A stretch of DNA of 64,000 bases from Bacteroidales bacterium (GCA_024402335.1 JAKSTZ010000015.1:2597-66596); one strand, 5' to 3'. Numbered from the stretch's first letter, positions 1 to 10,169 are shown. Notes: generated from the letters alone by a model not told the origin. Translations and numbers: made by a program.

Positions 1-918
1 GGCTATTTTTACAACAAATCCGCCCACAAACAAATTCATGCTTTAATACAAAGTATTCAACCCGATATGCTATTCGGACAATTTGTACGGGTTGCGCCAT
101 ATCTTGAACAAGAAGAAATAAAGAAAACACTTGACTATCAAGATGTCCTTTCGTACGGCATGAAGCGAAGAATGGATAAAGCAAGTTGGTTTAAACGCCC
201 TATCTTCAATATGGAATTTCGCAGACTACAACGATACGAACATCATGTTTTCGACAAATTTGACATAAAAACAATCATCTGCGATTCTGATAGACAACTC
301 ATAGAGCACGAAAAGAGACAAGAAATTCTTATCGTTCCTAATGGCGTTGATTTTGAACACTTTAGTCCATACAAGACGACGAAGACATACGACATTATTT
401 TTAGCGGAAACATGGCGTATCCACCAAATGTTGACGCAGTTGATTTTCTTGCAAAAGAAATCATGCCATTAGTGTGGAAGCAAATACCAACTGCGAAACT
501 CTGTATTGCCGGTGCGACTCCTGCCCCATCGGTAAGAAATGCCGCTAATCAAAACATAACCGTAACCGGCTGGGTTGACGACATGCGGGACATGTATGCA
601 CAGTCAAAAATATTCATTGCCCCAATGAGAATGGGAACAGGTTTGCAAAACAAACTATTGGAAGCAATGTCCATGAATTTACCTTGTATTACGACAAGTT
701 TGGCTAATGGTTCACTACAAGCAACTCCAAACACAGAAATTCTCGTCGGCAATACGGCAAACGAATTAGCAGACCACATTATCAATCTACTAAACAATAA
801 TGATACTGCAACAACCATTGCTAACAATGGAAACAAATTCGTTCATAGTAACTACGAATGGCATTCCACAACAAATATTATGGAATCGGCAATGAAGCAA
901 AGTGTTGAAGACAAATAA
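1..918 (+). CDS. Glycosyltransferase family 4 (GT1-fold), 5' partial. The frame is open from base 1.
   Basis: The ORF is open to the window edge. The C-terminal half has a GT4-type pattern (GNMAYPPNVDAV, APMRMGTGLQNKLLEAMSMNLPCITT, i.e. an EX7E-like region). Confidence 0.8.
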   Translation, partial: GYFYNKSAHKQIHALIQSIQPDMLFGQFVRVAPYLEQEEIKKTLDYQDVLSYGMKRRMDKASWFKRPIFNMEFRRLQRYEHHVFDKFDIKTIICDSDRQLIEHEKRQEILIVPNGVDFEHFSPYKTTKTYDIIFSGNMAYPPNVDAVDFLAKEIMPLVWKQIPTAKLCIAGATPAPSVRNAANQNITVTGWVDDMRDMYAQSKIFIAPMRMGTGLQNKLLEAMSMNLPCITTSLANGSLQATPNTEILVGNTANELADHIINLLNNNDTATTIANNGNKFVHSNYEWHSTTNIMESAMKQSVEDK

Positions 919-919
919 A

Positions 920-2047
920 TTACTTCTTCACTGCTTTCTCTATACAAGCCCACAATGCAGCTGCAGTCTTATCCCACGAGAATTTCTCAAGTTGAAGTTT
1001 TGAATTTTCCAACAACTTCGCATACACATCTGGTTTGGAATAGATTTCAACCAACGCATTAGCAATAGAATCCACCTCATGTGGTTCACACAACAAAGCT
1101 GCCTCACCAGCAACTTCCGGCATAGAAGTACAATTAGATGTAATTACCGGCACTCCACAAGCAAACGCCTCTAAAATTGGAATACCAAAACCTTCAAAGA
1201 AAGGCACATACGTCATTGCATACGAAGCGCCTAGCAAATAATTCAGATCCTTATCCGAAACCCGGCCAGTAAAAACAATATCATTTTTGTACTGATGCTT
1301 ATCGTATTCTTGTTGAATAGTTTTAGACAAGAACATTGCCTCACCAACTATTACCAATTTCATATCCGATTGAGTACGCGACTTAAATACAGCAAAAGCC
1401 TTAAAGAGATTTTCTATATTTTTTCGAGGATGAAGCGTTCCCGCATACACGAAATAATTTTTTCCTTCGGTATATTTCTGCTTAATCAGAGTCTTTTCCG
1501 TTTCAATGAGAGGTTGAAAAGAACTACTCACACCATTATACACGACATCTATCGACTCAAGAGGAACATGATACAATGAATGTATGTCTTGTTTTGAATA
1601 TTCAGAAACCGTTGCAACCCGAGTCGCCTTCTGAGCATACATCGGGAAGTATTTACGATAATACTTTCTTACCAAATAAGGCAAATGCTCTGGAAAATGT
1701 TCAAAGTTCAAATCATGAATTACGTCAACAATAGGAACATCACCTTCTACTATGCTATAGCCATCGGTAGAAACAAACACATCCGGTTGCAATGCCTTAA
1801 TAACACGAGGTAATTGTGAATGAAACCAAAACCACCACAAAAACGGATGTCGTGCCTGAAATGGCACAATGATAGGCTTTACATTTTCGGAGAACACAAA
1901 TGATTTGTCGTACATTCTGTCGAACAACAAATAAAATTGATGTTCCGGATGGTTTTGGCACATACGTTTAACCGTTTCGTATGTAAAACGCGAAATGCCA
2001 TCTATTCTACCCTTGATAAGGAGACGAGTATTTATTACTATTTTCAT
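920..2047 (-). CDS. Glycosyltransferase family 4
   Basis: The ORF shows a GT4 signature (FVYAGTLHPRKN, PFFEGFGIPILEAFACGVPVITSN). Start moved to the ATG at 2047 (MKIVINTRLL) because the longer ORF runs into tRNA-His and its terminator. Confidence 0.8.
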   Translation of the reverse strand: MKIVINTRLLIKGRIDGISRFTYETVKRMCQNHPEHQFYLLFDRMYDKSFVFSENVKPIIVPFQARHPFLWWFWFHSQLPRVIKALQPDVFVSTDGYSIVEGDVPIVDVIHDLNFEHFPEHLPYLVRKYYRKYFPMYAQKATRVATVSEYSKQDIHSLYHVPLESIDVVYNGVSSSFQPLIETEKTLIKQKYTEGKNYFVYAGTLHPRKNIENLFKAFAVFKSRTQSDMKLVIVGEAMFLSKTIQQEYDKHQYKNDIVFTGRVSDKDLNYLLGASYAMTYVPFFEGFGIPILEAFACGVPVITSNCTSMPEVAGEAALLCEPHEVDSIANALVEIYSKPDVYAKLLENSKLQLEKFSWDKTAAALWACIEKAVKK

Positions 2048-2063
2048 AGAAACAAAAGTAAAC

Positions 2064-2090
2064 AAAAAAAGCGAAACATTGCTGCTTCGC
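2064..2090 (-). terminator. Rho-independent terminator after tRNA-His
   Basis: On the minus strand: GCGAA-10 nt loop-TTCGC followed by TTTTTTT, directly 3' of the tRNA. Confidence 0.7.
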
Positions 2091-2095
2091 TTTTG

Positions 2096-2170
2096 GGTGC
2101 CCAGAGGGATTCGAACCCTCGACATTCAGAACCACAATCTGACGCTCTAACCAGCTGAACTATGGGCACC
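2096..2170 (-). tRNA. tRNA-His (anticodon GTG) with encoded G-1
   Basis: Manual cloverleaf fold: 7-bp acceptor stem, extra 5' G opposite C73, anticodon loop TTGTGGT, T-loop TTCGAAT. Confidence 0.95.
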
Positions 2171-2181
2171 ATAATTCAGTG

Positions 2182-2189
2182 CAAAAGTA
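2182..2189 (-). promoter_or_regulatory. Bacteroidota -7 promoter box (TACTTTTG) for tRNA-His
   Basis: Matches TAnnTTTG on the minus strand, about 12 nt upstream of the tRNA 5' end. Confidence 0.5.
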
Positions 2190-2214
2190 GTATTTTTTTT
2201 ATTACTTCAAAATA

Positions 2215-2649
2215 TTATTGCATTTTTTGTTCAGAAAGTAATTTTCCATCTACAGAATAATACTTCCACGTACCCGAAGGTCTTCCATTTTTGTATTCAG
2301 CAATATAATCGACCTTACCATTATCGAACCATTGAGTGAAAACTCCATCTTGAACACCATTTTTATAGGTACCCATCATCATTTTTTCACCATTTTGATA
2401 CCAGAAAGTTGTCACACCATCGCGAACGCCATTCTTATTATAATGAACCTCCTCTTGTTTACCACCTTCAAAATAGTAACGCATAGTTCGAACCACATTC
2501 ACAGAATCATCCTTTGCATAATATTCAACATAGGCAACATTCCCATTAGGATGAACCGAAACTACAACTTCACGTTCATTATTATTTGAGCAAGAAAATA
2601 AAGTGCATACGCAAAGCACCAACAAACAACATATATATGATTTTCTCAT
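2215..2649 (-). CDS. MORN-variant repeat (YwqK-like) lipoprotein
   Basis: Lipoprotein signal MRKSYICCLLVLCVCTLFSCS. Repeated units (G..DG....WY.NG, YKNG..DG, YKNG.PSG.W) are typical of MORN_2 repeats. Start set at the ATG at 2649. Confidence 0.7.
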   Translation of the reverse strand: MRKSYICCLLVLCVCTLFSCSNNNEREVVVSVHPNGNVAYVEYYAKDDSVNVVRTMRYYFEGGKQEEVHYNKNGVRDGVTTFWYQNGEKMMMGTYKNGVQDGVFTQWFDNGKVDYIAEYKNGRPSGTWKYYSVDGKLLSEQKMQ

Positions 2650-2732
2650 TCTTATTTCATTTTTATTTCGGAGCAAAAATAGATTTTTTTTGAATAAATT
2701 TAAAAAAGTCATTGTTATTCTATAAAGTTTTA

Positions 2733-2740
2733 TACATTTG
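2733..2740 (+). promoter_or_regulatory. -7 promoter box (TACATTTG) upstream of rplU-rpmA
   Basis: TAnnTTTG match 35 nt upstream of the rplU ATG. Confidence 0.45.
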
Positions 2741-2774
2741 CAATCCCAAATTAGAAGGAATAATAGTTATTACG

Positions 2775-3083
2775 ATGTACGCAATAGTAGAAATAGCAGG
2801 ACAGCAATTTAAGGTTGCTAAAGACGATAAAGTATATGTTAATCGTCTATCTAACAACGAAGGTGAATCAGTAGATTTCGAGAATGTACTTTTAGTTGCA
2901 GACAAAGATGTAAAAGTTGGAACTCCAACTGTAAAAGGCGCTAAAGTAACAGCAAAAGTAATATCACACTTAAAAGGTGATAAAGTTATCGTTTTCAAGA
3001 AAAGACGTAGAAAAGGATACAAAGTTAAAAACGGTTTCAGAGCTGCTTTAACTCAAATCCAAATTGAAAATATTGTTGCATAA
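2775..3083 (+). CDS. rplU: 50S ribosomal protein L21
   Basis: MYAIVEIAGQQFKV... is the canonical L21 N-terminus. Start set at the ATG at 2775. Confidence 0.95.
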   Translation: MYAIVEIAGQQFKVAKDDKVYVNRLSNNEGESVDFENVLLVADKDVKVGTPTVKGAKVTAKVISHLKGDKVIVFKKRRRKGYKVKNGFRAALTQIQIENIVA

Positions 3084-3100
3084 TTTAAAGAGATAAGACA

Positions 3101-3358
3101 ATGGCACATAAGAAAGGTGTAGGTTCTTCTAAGAACGGTAGAGATTCAGAAAGCAAACGACTTGGCGTTAAGAAATCAGGTGGTCAATCAGTTGTAGCTG
3201 GTAACATCATCGTTAGACAACGTGGTACAGTTCGTATGGCTGGCGAAAATGTTGGTATGGGTCGTGATCATACATTGTTTGCTTTAGTTGATGGAAAAGT
3301 AAAATTCCAAAGAAAACGCGACGACAAAATGTACGTTTCAGTTGTTCCTGAAGCATAA
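3101..3358 (+). CDS. rpmA: 50S ribosomal protein L27
   Basis: [24 protein letters not shown] is the canonical L27 N-terminus. Confidence 0.96.
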   Translation: MAHKKGVGSSKNGRDSESKRLGVKKSGGQSVVAGNIIVRQRGTVRMAGENVGMGRDHTLFALVDGKVKFQRKRDDKMYVSVVPEA

Positions 3359-3380
3359 CATTACACAATAACAATTTTTT

Positions 3381-3426
3381 ACTCCTGAATATATCCTTTA
3401 CGGAATAATATTCAGGAGTTTTTTTT
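3381..3426 (+). terminator. Rho-independent terminator after rpmA
   Basis: 12-bp stem (ACTCCTGAATAT / ATATTCAGGAGT) followed by a T7 run. Confidence 0.8.
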
Positions 3427-3458
3427 ATATTTGTACGTTATTAAATTTACATATAAAA

Positions 3459-4733
3459 ATGCTTACACTTCAAATAATTCGAGAAAATCCCGAATTCGTA
3501 GTTAAAAGACTTGCTGTCAAGAACTTCGATGCAAAAGAGGCTGTCGAAAAAATTATTGCCCTTGATGAAAAACGTGTTGCCATTCAACAAGAATTGAATG
3601 CAAAACAATCTGAAATCAATAGTTTGTCCAAAGAGATTGGAGCTTTGTTTGCACAAAAGAAAATAGACGAAGCTAATGCGGCAAAAGAAAAAACTGTAGA
3701 ACTAAAAGACGCCATCAAAAAACTAGACCAAGATATGGCCGATGCGATGGCAGAATTACAAAAAGAACTTGTTCTACTTCCTAACCTTCCTGCAGAAATA
3801 GTTCCAGAAGGAAAAACAGCAGAAGACAACGTTATCGTAAAAACTGGCGGTGTAATTCCAGAAAAAGAAGGCCTACAATGCCACTGGGATTTAGCAGAAA
3901 AATATAATTTAATTGATTTTGAACTAGGTAACAAACTTACAGGTGCTGGTTTCCCTGTATATGTTGGCGTAGGTGCAAAACTACAACGTGCACTTATCAC
4001 TTTCTTCTTGGATCGTGCAACTGCAGCCGGTTACAAAGAATATCAACCACCAATCATGGTAAATGAAGCTTCTGGATTCGGAACTGGACAATTACCAGAC
4101 AAAGAAGGTCAAATGTATCATGTTGGCTTGGATAACCTATACTTAATTCCAACAGCAGAAGTTCCAGTAACAAACATTTTCCGTGATGTTATCGTAAAGG
4201 AAAGCGATTTTCCAATCAAATGTACAGCCTATACTCCATGTTTCCGTCGTGAAGCAGGATCGTATGGTAAAGATGTACGTGGTTTGAACCGCCTTCACCA
4301 ATTCGACAAAGTAGAGATCGTTCGTATTGACCATCCAAGCCGTTCTTACCAAGCTTTAGACGAAATGGTTGCACATGTAGAATCATTAGTTCAAGCACTT
4401 GGACTTCCATACCGAATCGTACGTCTATGTGGTGGTGACATGAGTTTCACATCCGCTCTTACATACGATTTCGAAGTATTCTCTGCTGGACAAAAACGCT
4501 GGTTGGAAGTTAGTTCTGTTTCTAACTTTGAAACATACCAAGCAAATCGATTGAAATTACGTTACAAAGACGAACAAACTAAGAAAACTGTATTAGCACA
4601 TACTTTGAATGGTAGTGCTTTAGCTTTACCAAGAATCGTAGCTTCTATTATAGAAAACTACCAAACAGAAGAAGGCATACGAGTTCCTGATGTACTTGTT
4701 CCTTACATGGGCGGAATGACAATCATCAAATAG
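3459..4733 (+). CDS. serS: Seryl-tRNA synthetase
   Basis: N-terminal coiled-coil arm plus class II aaRS motifs (FRREAGSYGKDVRGLNRLHQFDKVE, GSALALPR). Confidence 0.97.
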   Translation: MLTLQIIRENPEFVVKRLAVKNFDAKEAVEKIIALDEKRVAIQQELNAKQSEINSLSKEIGALFAQKKIDEANAAKEKTVELKDAIKKLDQDMADAMAELQKELVLLPNLPAEIVPEGKTAEDNVIVKTGGVIPEKEGLQCHWDLAEKYNLIDFELGNKLTGAGFPVYVGVGAKLQRALITFFLDRATAAGYKEYQPPIMVNEASGFGTGQLPDKEGQMYHVGLDNLYLIPTAEVPVTNIFRDVIVKESDFPIKCTAYTPCFRREAGSYGKDVRGLNRLHQFDKVEIVRIDHPSRSYQALDEMVAHVESLVQALGLPYRIVRLCGGDMSFTSALTYDFEVFSAGQKRWLEVSSVSNFETYQANRLKLRYKDEQTKKTVLAHTLNGSALALPRIVASIIENYQTEEGIRVPDVLVPYMGGMTIIK

Positions 4734-4770
4734 TCCTAAGCGCATATAACAAACTTAGAATTTGAGTGTT

Positions 4771-5613
4771 ATGAGAAAAAACAATAGTGAATTTGATTTC
4801 GAACTGAATCAAGAGATGTCGTTTACCCCATCGGGAGACGACCATCTACAAATTGATGGCGACGAACCAAAAACAGAGGCGACAACAACTGTAGAAAACA
4901 AAACTGTTGTACCTGAACCTGTTGAAAACGAGGTAATTGAAACTCCAGTCGAGCCAATCGAAGAAACCATTGTAGAAACACCAGTGGAAGAGCCTACAGT
5001 TTCGGAAGAACCAAAAACCGAAACTGCAGAAGCTGCTCCTATCGTAACACCAAAGGCAAAGAAAAAAGAAAAGAAAAACACCAAGACAGAAGAAAAGAAG
5101 AAAAAAGGTGGTTTCTTCCCTATCCTACTTGTTGTATTAGCATTACTTTGTGCCGGAATATGGTATTTCTGGTCAAGCCGAAAAGTTGCTGCTCCAGTGG
5201 TAACTCCAGTGGTTGACACAACTCCAGTTGTAAAAGAAGAACCTATAGTGGAAATTCCAGAAGAACCAATGGTAATTGATACCGTACCTGCACCAGAACC
5301 AACACCTCCTCCATTTGATTTTGGACGTGTTGCGACAAAAATCAAAGTTCCACGCAATTGGCTTATTGGCTTCCGTGCAACTCCAGACGAAGTTTTAGCA
5401 ATTAAGACTGTTGCAGAACTTTCATATGTCGATAGCCTTCCTTGTGGATATTATTGGATAGATGATGCACGTAAGGATGGTGAGAAACTATTCAAAATCT
5501 ACATTGGTCCTTTCGATACGAAGGAAGAAGCAGAAAAAGTATTGCCAAGCATACAAGCAAAACGAGCAGATGCTCATGTTTATACTGAAGACAAACGATA
5601 CAAAAATAACTAA
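4771..5613 (+). CDS. SPOR-like domain membrane protein with an acidic/proline-rich repeat linker
   Basis: One TM segment (FFPILLVVLALLCAGIWYF). The C-terminal LFKIYIGPFDTKEEAEKVLPSIQAK resembles a SPOR fold. ETPVE/TPVV low-complexity repeats are present. ATG at 4771 preferred over TTG at 4762. Confidence 0.55.
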   Translation: MRKNNSEFDFELNQEMSFTPSGDDHLQIDGDEPKTEATTTVENKTVVPEPVENEVIETPVEPIEETIVETPVEEPTVSEEPKTETAEAAPIVTPKAKKKEKKNTKTEEKKKKGGFFPILLVVLALLCAGIWYFWSSRKVAAPVVTPVVDTTPVVKEEPIVEIPEEPMVIDTVPAPEPTPPPFDFGRVATKIKVPRNWLIGFRATPDEVLAIKTVAELSYVDSLPCGYYWIDDARKDGEKLFKIYIGPFDTKEEAEKVLPSIQAKRADAHVYTEDKRYKNN

Positions 5614-5615
5614 CA

Positions 5616-6887
5616 ATGAATGTTTTACTATTAGGTTCAGGTGGTCGTGAACATGCATTAGCATGGAAAATGGCACAAAGCCCATTATTGGATAAATTAT
5701 ATATAGCTCCTGGAAATGCAGGAACAGCAACAGTTGGTACCAACTTGCCAATTTCAGCAACGTCTTTCGACGAAATCAAAGAAGCGGTAAAGAAATACGA
5801 CATCAGCCTTGTTGTTGTTGGACCTGAAGATCCACTTGTAAAAGGTGTCCACGATTTCTTCCTTGCTAATGCTGAATTGAAAAACATTCCAGTTATAGGT
5901 CCACAAAAATATGCAGCTACATTGGAAGGTAGTAAGGAATTTGCGAAGAATTTTATGATTCGCCACAATATTCCAACTGCAAAACATTTCACAGTAACAG
6001 CAGAGAACCTTACTGAAGGCTTTGCATTTTTGGACAAACAAGTAGCACCTTACGTGCTAAAAGCCGACGGACTTGCTGCCGGTAAAGGAGTATTGATACT
6101 TAACGATCTACAAGAAGCAAAAACAGAATTGCAAAATATGCTTCAAGGTAAATTCGGCGACGCAAGTAAAACTGTTGTCATTGAAGAATGCTTAAAAGGA
6201 ATAGAAATGTCGGTTTTCGTACTAACAGACGGCGAAAGTTATGTACTACTTCCTGAAGCAAAAGACTACAAACGTATTGGCGAACACGACACAGGTTTAA
6301 ATACCGGTGGTATGGGCGCTGTTTCTCCTGTTCCATTTGCAGACAAAGCGTTAATGACACGCGTAGAAGAAGAAATTATTAAGCCTACAATTGCAGGTCT
6401 TAAGAAAGACAATATTCCATATTGTGGTTTCATTTTCTTTGGATTGATGAACGACAACGGAACACCAAAAGTAATTGAATATAATGTTCGTATGGGTGAT
6501 CCAGAAACTGAAGTCGTTATCCCAAGAATAAAATCAGACTTACTACAACTATTTGTTGCTGCAGCAAACAAGACATTGTCGAAAGAAAAGATAGAAATCG
6601 ATAGTCAGTCGGCAACAACAGTTATGGCTGTTTCGGGAGGATACCCAGAAGCATATGAAAAAGGAAAAGTAATTACAATAGAAGAAGGTATTTCCGATAG
6701 CATCGTTTTCCATGCAGGAACAAAATTAGACGGACAAGAAGTAAAAACTTCTGGTGGCCGTGTGTTAACAGTTACTTCGTTAGGAAAAGACAAAAATGCA
6801 GCATTGGAAATTTCCTACAAGAACATCAAAAAAATTCACTTCGATAAAATGTACTACCGTCGAGACATCGGCGTTGACTTAGGATAA
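5616..6887 (+). CDS. purD: Phosphoribosylamine--glycine ligase
   Basis: MNVLLLGSGGREHALAWK and an ATP-grasp body typical of PurD. Confidence 0.97.
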   Translation: MNVLLLGSGGREHALAWKMAQSPLLDKLYIAPGNAGTATVGTNLPISATSFDEIKEAVKKYDISLVVVGPEDPLVKGVHDFFLANAELKNIPVIGPQKYAATLEGSKEFAKNFMIRHNIPTAKHFTVTAENLTEGFAFLDKQVAPYVLKADGLAAGKGVLILNDLQEAKTELQNMLQGKFGDASKTVVIEECLKGIEMSVFVLTDGESYVLLPEAKDYKRIGEHDTGLNTGGMGAVSPVPFADKALMTRVEEEIIKPTIAGLKKDNIPYCGFIFFGLMNDNGTPKVIEYNVRMGDPETEVVIPRIKSDLLQLFVAAANKTLSKEKIEIDSQSATTVMAVSGGYPEAYEKGKVITIEEGISDSIVFHAGTKLDGQEVKTSGGRVLTVTSLGKDKNAALEISYKNIKKIHFDKMYYRRDIGVDLG

Positions 6888-6888
6888 T

Positions 6889-7902
6889 ATGTTTCAATTT
6901 CTGCAGAGAAATACATCTTTCAATTTGATATTATTGCCTATAATAGTGCTACTATTATGGGGTTCAAATCTATTGCATCCGGAAGTGTTCGTTTCGCATT
7001 ATTACGATGAGACCCCTATGATATTCTATCAACCTTTAATGGCAATTCAACATTGGAATGTGTTTGCAGGTCAATTAGTAGCACTCCTACTTATTACCGC
7101 TAATATCCTATTGCTGATACGAACAAATACGAGCATACGATTGATAGAGAAACGTTCAATTGTATATGTACTATTGTATATCCTATTTTCATCATGTTTA
7201 CAGGATTTCAGACAATTAAATCCTATGCAACCGGCACTATTCTTCGTTATTTTAGGAATGGTTGCTTTATTCAAGATGTACAAAAATGAACGTGAACTAC
7301 GTACCATTTTTGAATGTGGAGTGTATTTTTCTATCGCTACTCTTTTTTACGCTCCAACCATCTACCTAACAATACTAATCTTCATAGGCTTAATAACATT
7401 AGTATCATTTTACTGGAGACAATGGTTAGCAGCAATAGTTGGAGTATTGACTCCATTTGCGTTATTGTTTACACTCGCATTCTGTTTCGATGCATTACCA
7501 CAACAAATTGCAGTATGGAGAGCGAACCTGCTTACCATACATTCTGATTTAACATTAACATTGGTACCTATCATCTATTCGGTATTTCTTGCACTTGTAT
7601 TTATAATTTCGGCATTTTATTCCCTAACAAGAGGCATAAAAAAAGTATCTATACGCAAATTCTACTTAATATTTGCATTCTTCCTTGCTATCATACTTTC
7701 TGCAGCATTCTTTATACCATACGTAAGTATGGACATCTTGTTCTTCGGATTACTTCCTGTTGCAATTTACATTACCAACTATATGGTGAATATACGTCAA
7801 CCAATACTTGCGGAGGTATTATTTATGATAATAATAGCATTTGTTGTGCTAGTACATATATTCCCTAATATTCCATTATCTTTAGAGTTTTTACATTCAT
7901 AA
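6889..7902 (+). CDS. Polytopic integral membrane protein, function unknown
   Basis: About 9-10 hydrophobic segments. I recognise no catalytic motif. Confidence 0.5.
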   Translation: MFQFLQRNTSFNLILLPIIVLLLWGSNLLHPEVFVSHYYDETPMIFYQPLMAIQHWNVFAGQLVALLLITANILLLIRTNTSIRLIEKRSIVYVLLYILFSSCLQDFRQLNPMQPALFFVILGMVALFKMYKNERELRTIFECGVYFSIATLFYAPTIYLTILIFIGLITLVSFYWRQWLAAIVGVLTPFALLFTLAFCFDALPQQIAVWRANLLTIHSDLTLTLVPIIYSVFLALVFIISAFYSLTRGIKKVSIRKFYLIFAFFLAIILSAAFFIPYVSMDILFFGLLPVAIYITNYMVNIRQPILAEVLFMIIIAFVVLVHIFPNIPLSLEFLHS

Positions 7903-7933
7903 ATACTTTGTCAAACTGCATATATTATACATT

Positions 7934-9124
7934 ATGAAACAGAAACACACAAATTGGTTTTTTACAATTATAGTAGCAATCGCATTATTCTCATCTTGTG
8001 TAGAAAATAATACACCACAAATGGTTCCTGCATACGTTGACGGTAAATGGGGATACGTTAATTCTAACGGCGAATACGTTATTTCTCCACGTTATAAAGA
8101 AGCAGGATTCTTCTTTGAAGACTTAGCATTAGTAAAAGACGACAACGGAAGCTACGGCTATATCGATAAAGCTGCGCAATATGTTATAGCTCCAAAATAC
8201 AAATTCGGAACTTCTTTTCACGAAGGTAAAGCTATTGTTGTTGAAGCTGGTGAATATCCTATTTGTATAGATAAAAAAGGAAATACAGTTCTACAATTAC
8301 AAAACATTAAAGAACTCTATAATTTTAAAGAAGGTCTAGCAGCATTCCAAGATACTTCAAACATGTATGGATTTATAAATGAAAAAGGAAATATTGTGAT
8401 TGCTCCTACTTTCGAGGCTGTTTACGAAGGTTTTAATGGCAACCATGCACCAGTAAAAAGAAATGGTAAATGGGGATTCGTGGACAAAAACGGCAATTTC
8501 TCTATTTCTGAATATTGTTATGTAGCATCTGACTACTACGACGCAAGCGAATTTGTTCAAAAATTTGCCGAAAAAGTAACAGAGTCAACATTTGACGGAT
8601 TTAATGCAAGTTCTACAGTACAAACAATTGCAGATAGCAAAGTTTATGGAGATTATGCAAATGCAATCGACTCAACAACTATTATCGCATTAAATATTCA
8701 GAAATTCACAAAAGACATTCAATGTATTGTTACGGAATTTAGTTTCGACAACAGAATTGTTTCTTTAGACAGCCTTGACAACAAAACTATAGTTTATGAT
8801 CTTACAGAACCTATTGCTTCATTTGGTTATAAGTTCTTCTTAAGCGGACAAGCAACAAACAAAGGTTGTGCAATTGCAAAAAGATTAAGCAACGAAATTG
8901 CTTCTAAACTCGGTGTAGAAAAACAACAAGAAGAAGGTTTATTCTACGCAATCCAAGAAAATGGCAAATGTAGTTTCGTCGTATTATACAACGACACAAC
9001 AGTTAGCCTTGCTGTAAGTTACTCTCAAAAGAACATTGAAAATCTTATAGAACATATCCGTAAAGATCAACCTAAATATGTGAAAGATTTCGTATATGTT
9101 GACTCGTTGGAAGGCGAAAAATAG
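7934..9124 (+). CDS. WG-repeat (KWG) lipoprotein
   Basis: Lipoprotein signal ...ALFSSCV. Repeated units: DGKWGYVNSNGEYVI, GYIDKAAQYVIAPKY, GFINEKGNIVIAP, NGKWGFVDKNGN. Confidence 0.7.
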   Translation: MKQKHTNWFFTIIVAIALFSSCVENNTPQMVPAYVDGKWGYVNSNGEYVISPRYKEAGFFFEDLALVKDDNGSYGYIDKAAQYVIAPKYKFGTSFHEGKAIVVEAGEYPICIDKKGNTVLQLQNIKELYNFKEGLAAFQDTSNMYGFINEKGNIVIAPTFEAVYEGFNGNHAPVKRNGKWGFVDKNGNFSISEYCYVASDYYDASEFVQKFAEKVTESTFDGFNASSTVQTIADSKVYGDYANAIDSTTIIALNIQKFTKDIQCIVTEFSFDNRIVSLDSLDNKTIVYDLTEPIASFGYKFFLSGQATNKGCAIAKRLSNEIASKLGVEKQQEEGLFYAIQENGKCSFVVLYNDTTVSLAVSYSQKNIENLIEHIRKDQPKYVKDFVYVDSLEGEK

Positions 9125-9145
9125 TAAACATTAAAAACAGAGGTT

Positions 9146-10000
9146 ATGAATAAGAAAATTGTTTGTTTAATCGTAAGTTTTTTCTTCGTTCTAGGTATAC
9201 AAGCACAATCGCTGAAAGAAGCTGCAGAACGTCAGAATAATAATGTTAGAACAACTTCAACAGCACAAAAATTTACTGTTGAAGGAGTTGAATTCACTAT
9301 GATTTTTGTGAAAGGCGGCTCATTTAGCATGGGTGCAACTGCAGAACAAGTAAACGGCTGCGACAGAGATGAAAAACCTGTACATAGTGTTAGTCTTAAC
9401 AACTATTACATAGGAGAATGTGAAGTTACCCAAGAATTATGGGCAACCATAATGGGAACAACCATAGAACAACAACGCGACAAGGCAAACCCACTATGGC
9501 CATTGCGTGGTGAAGGCGACAACTACCCTATGTACTACGTAAGCTACGACGATATTCAAGAATTTATCTTAAGACTTAACGAAAAAACGGGTAAGACATT
9601 TGCTCTTCCTACAGAAGCACAATGGGAATATGCTGCACGTGGTGGCAACAAAAAATCCGGTTATACTTTTAGTGGCGACAATGACTTATCGAATGTAGGT
9701 TGGTACAAAGGAAATTCTGAAGAAAAGATTCACCCTGTTGCAAGCAAAGTTGCCAACGAACTTGGCATCTACGATATGAGCGGAAGTGTTTGGGAATGGT
9801 GTGCCGATTGGTACTCTATAGATGCCTACAAAGCAAAAGGAACTGTTAACCCACAAGGTCCAGCAGAAGGCGAAGATATGGTTTTACGCGGCGGTTGCAT
9901 CATCACAGAAGAAAATAGCTGTAGAAACGCAAATAGAGGTCATTTAAGCCCTTCATTACGAAACAGCTTTACTGGTTTTAGATTAGTGTTGATACCATAA
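9146..10000 (+). CDS. Formylglycine-generating-enzyme (SUMF1/EgtB/PvdO) family protein, secreted
   Basis: Signal peptide, then FGE-sulfatase domain hallmarks (LPTEAQWEYAARGG, YDMSGSVWEWCADWY, RGG). Confidence 0.8.
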   Translation: MNKKIVCLIVSFFFVLGIQAQSLKEAAERQNNNVRTTSTAQKFTVEGVEFTMIFVKGGSFSMGATAEQVNGCDRDEKPVHSVSLNNYYIGECEVTQELWATIMGTTIEQQRDKANPLWPLRGEGDNYPMYYVSYDDIQEFILRLNEKTGKTFALPTEAQWEYAARGGNKKSGYTFSGDNDLSNVGWYKGNSEEKIHPVASKVANELGIYDMSGSVWEWCADWYSIDAYKAKGTVNPQGPAEGEDMVLRGGCIITEENSCRNANRGHLSPSLRNSFTGFRLVLIP

Positions 10001-10032
10001 CGTAATCTTTTCAAAGACTATTAGAAAATTAA

Positions 10033-10059
10033 AGGCGTTCTATTTAGGACGTCTTTTTT
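10033..10059 (+). terminator. Rho-independent terminator
   Basis: 9-bp stem including G-U pairs (AGGCGTTCT / AGGACGTCT) followed by T5. Confidence 0.55.
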
Positions 10060-10169
10060 ATTACACAATCTTCTAGCACACAATAGGTAGTCTGCAAAAG
10101 TTAAGACTTTTACTTTTTCCAAAATAAATCATACCATGCAAAATTCTTAAACCAATAGGACTATCTCCC

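Noticed and set aside
2048-2125. N-terminal 26-codon extension of the glycosyltransferase ORF (MSRVRIPLGTQKRSS...)
   Set aside because: It runs through the tRNA-His 3' end and its terminator. The internal ATG at 2047 gives a normal GT4 N-terminus.
3584-6037. Antisense ORFs of 138-182 aa opposite serS, the SPOR-like gene and purD; similar shadow ORFs lie opposite ribBA, pgk, amt and others
   Set aside because: They lie fully inside strongly supported genes on the other strand. Their composition is low-complexity (Ser/Thr/Gly-rich shadows) with no motifs.
7934-10000. WG-repeat lipoprotein followed by an FGE/SUMF1-family protein, as a possible novel pair
   Set aside because: Both are common secreted Bacteroidota families. 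The genes are separated by 21 nt with no further shared context, so I cannot support a functional claim from sequence alone.
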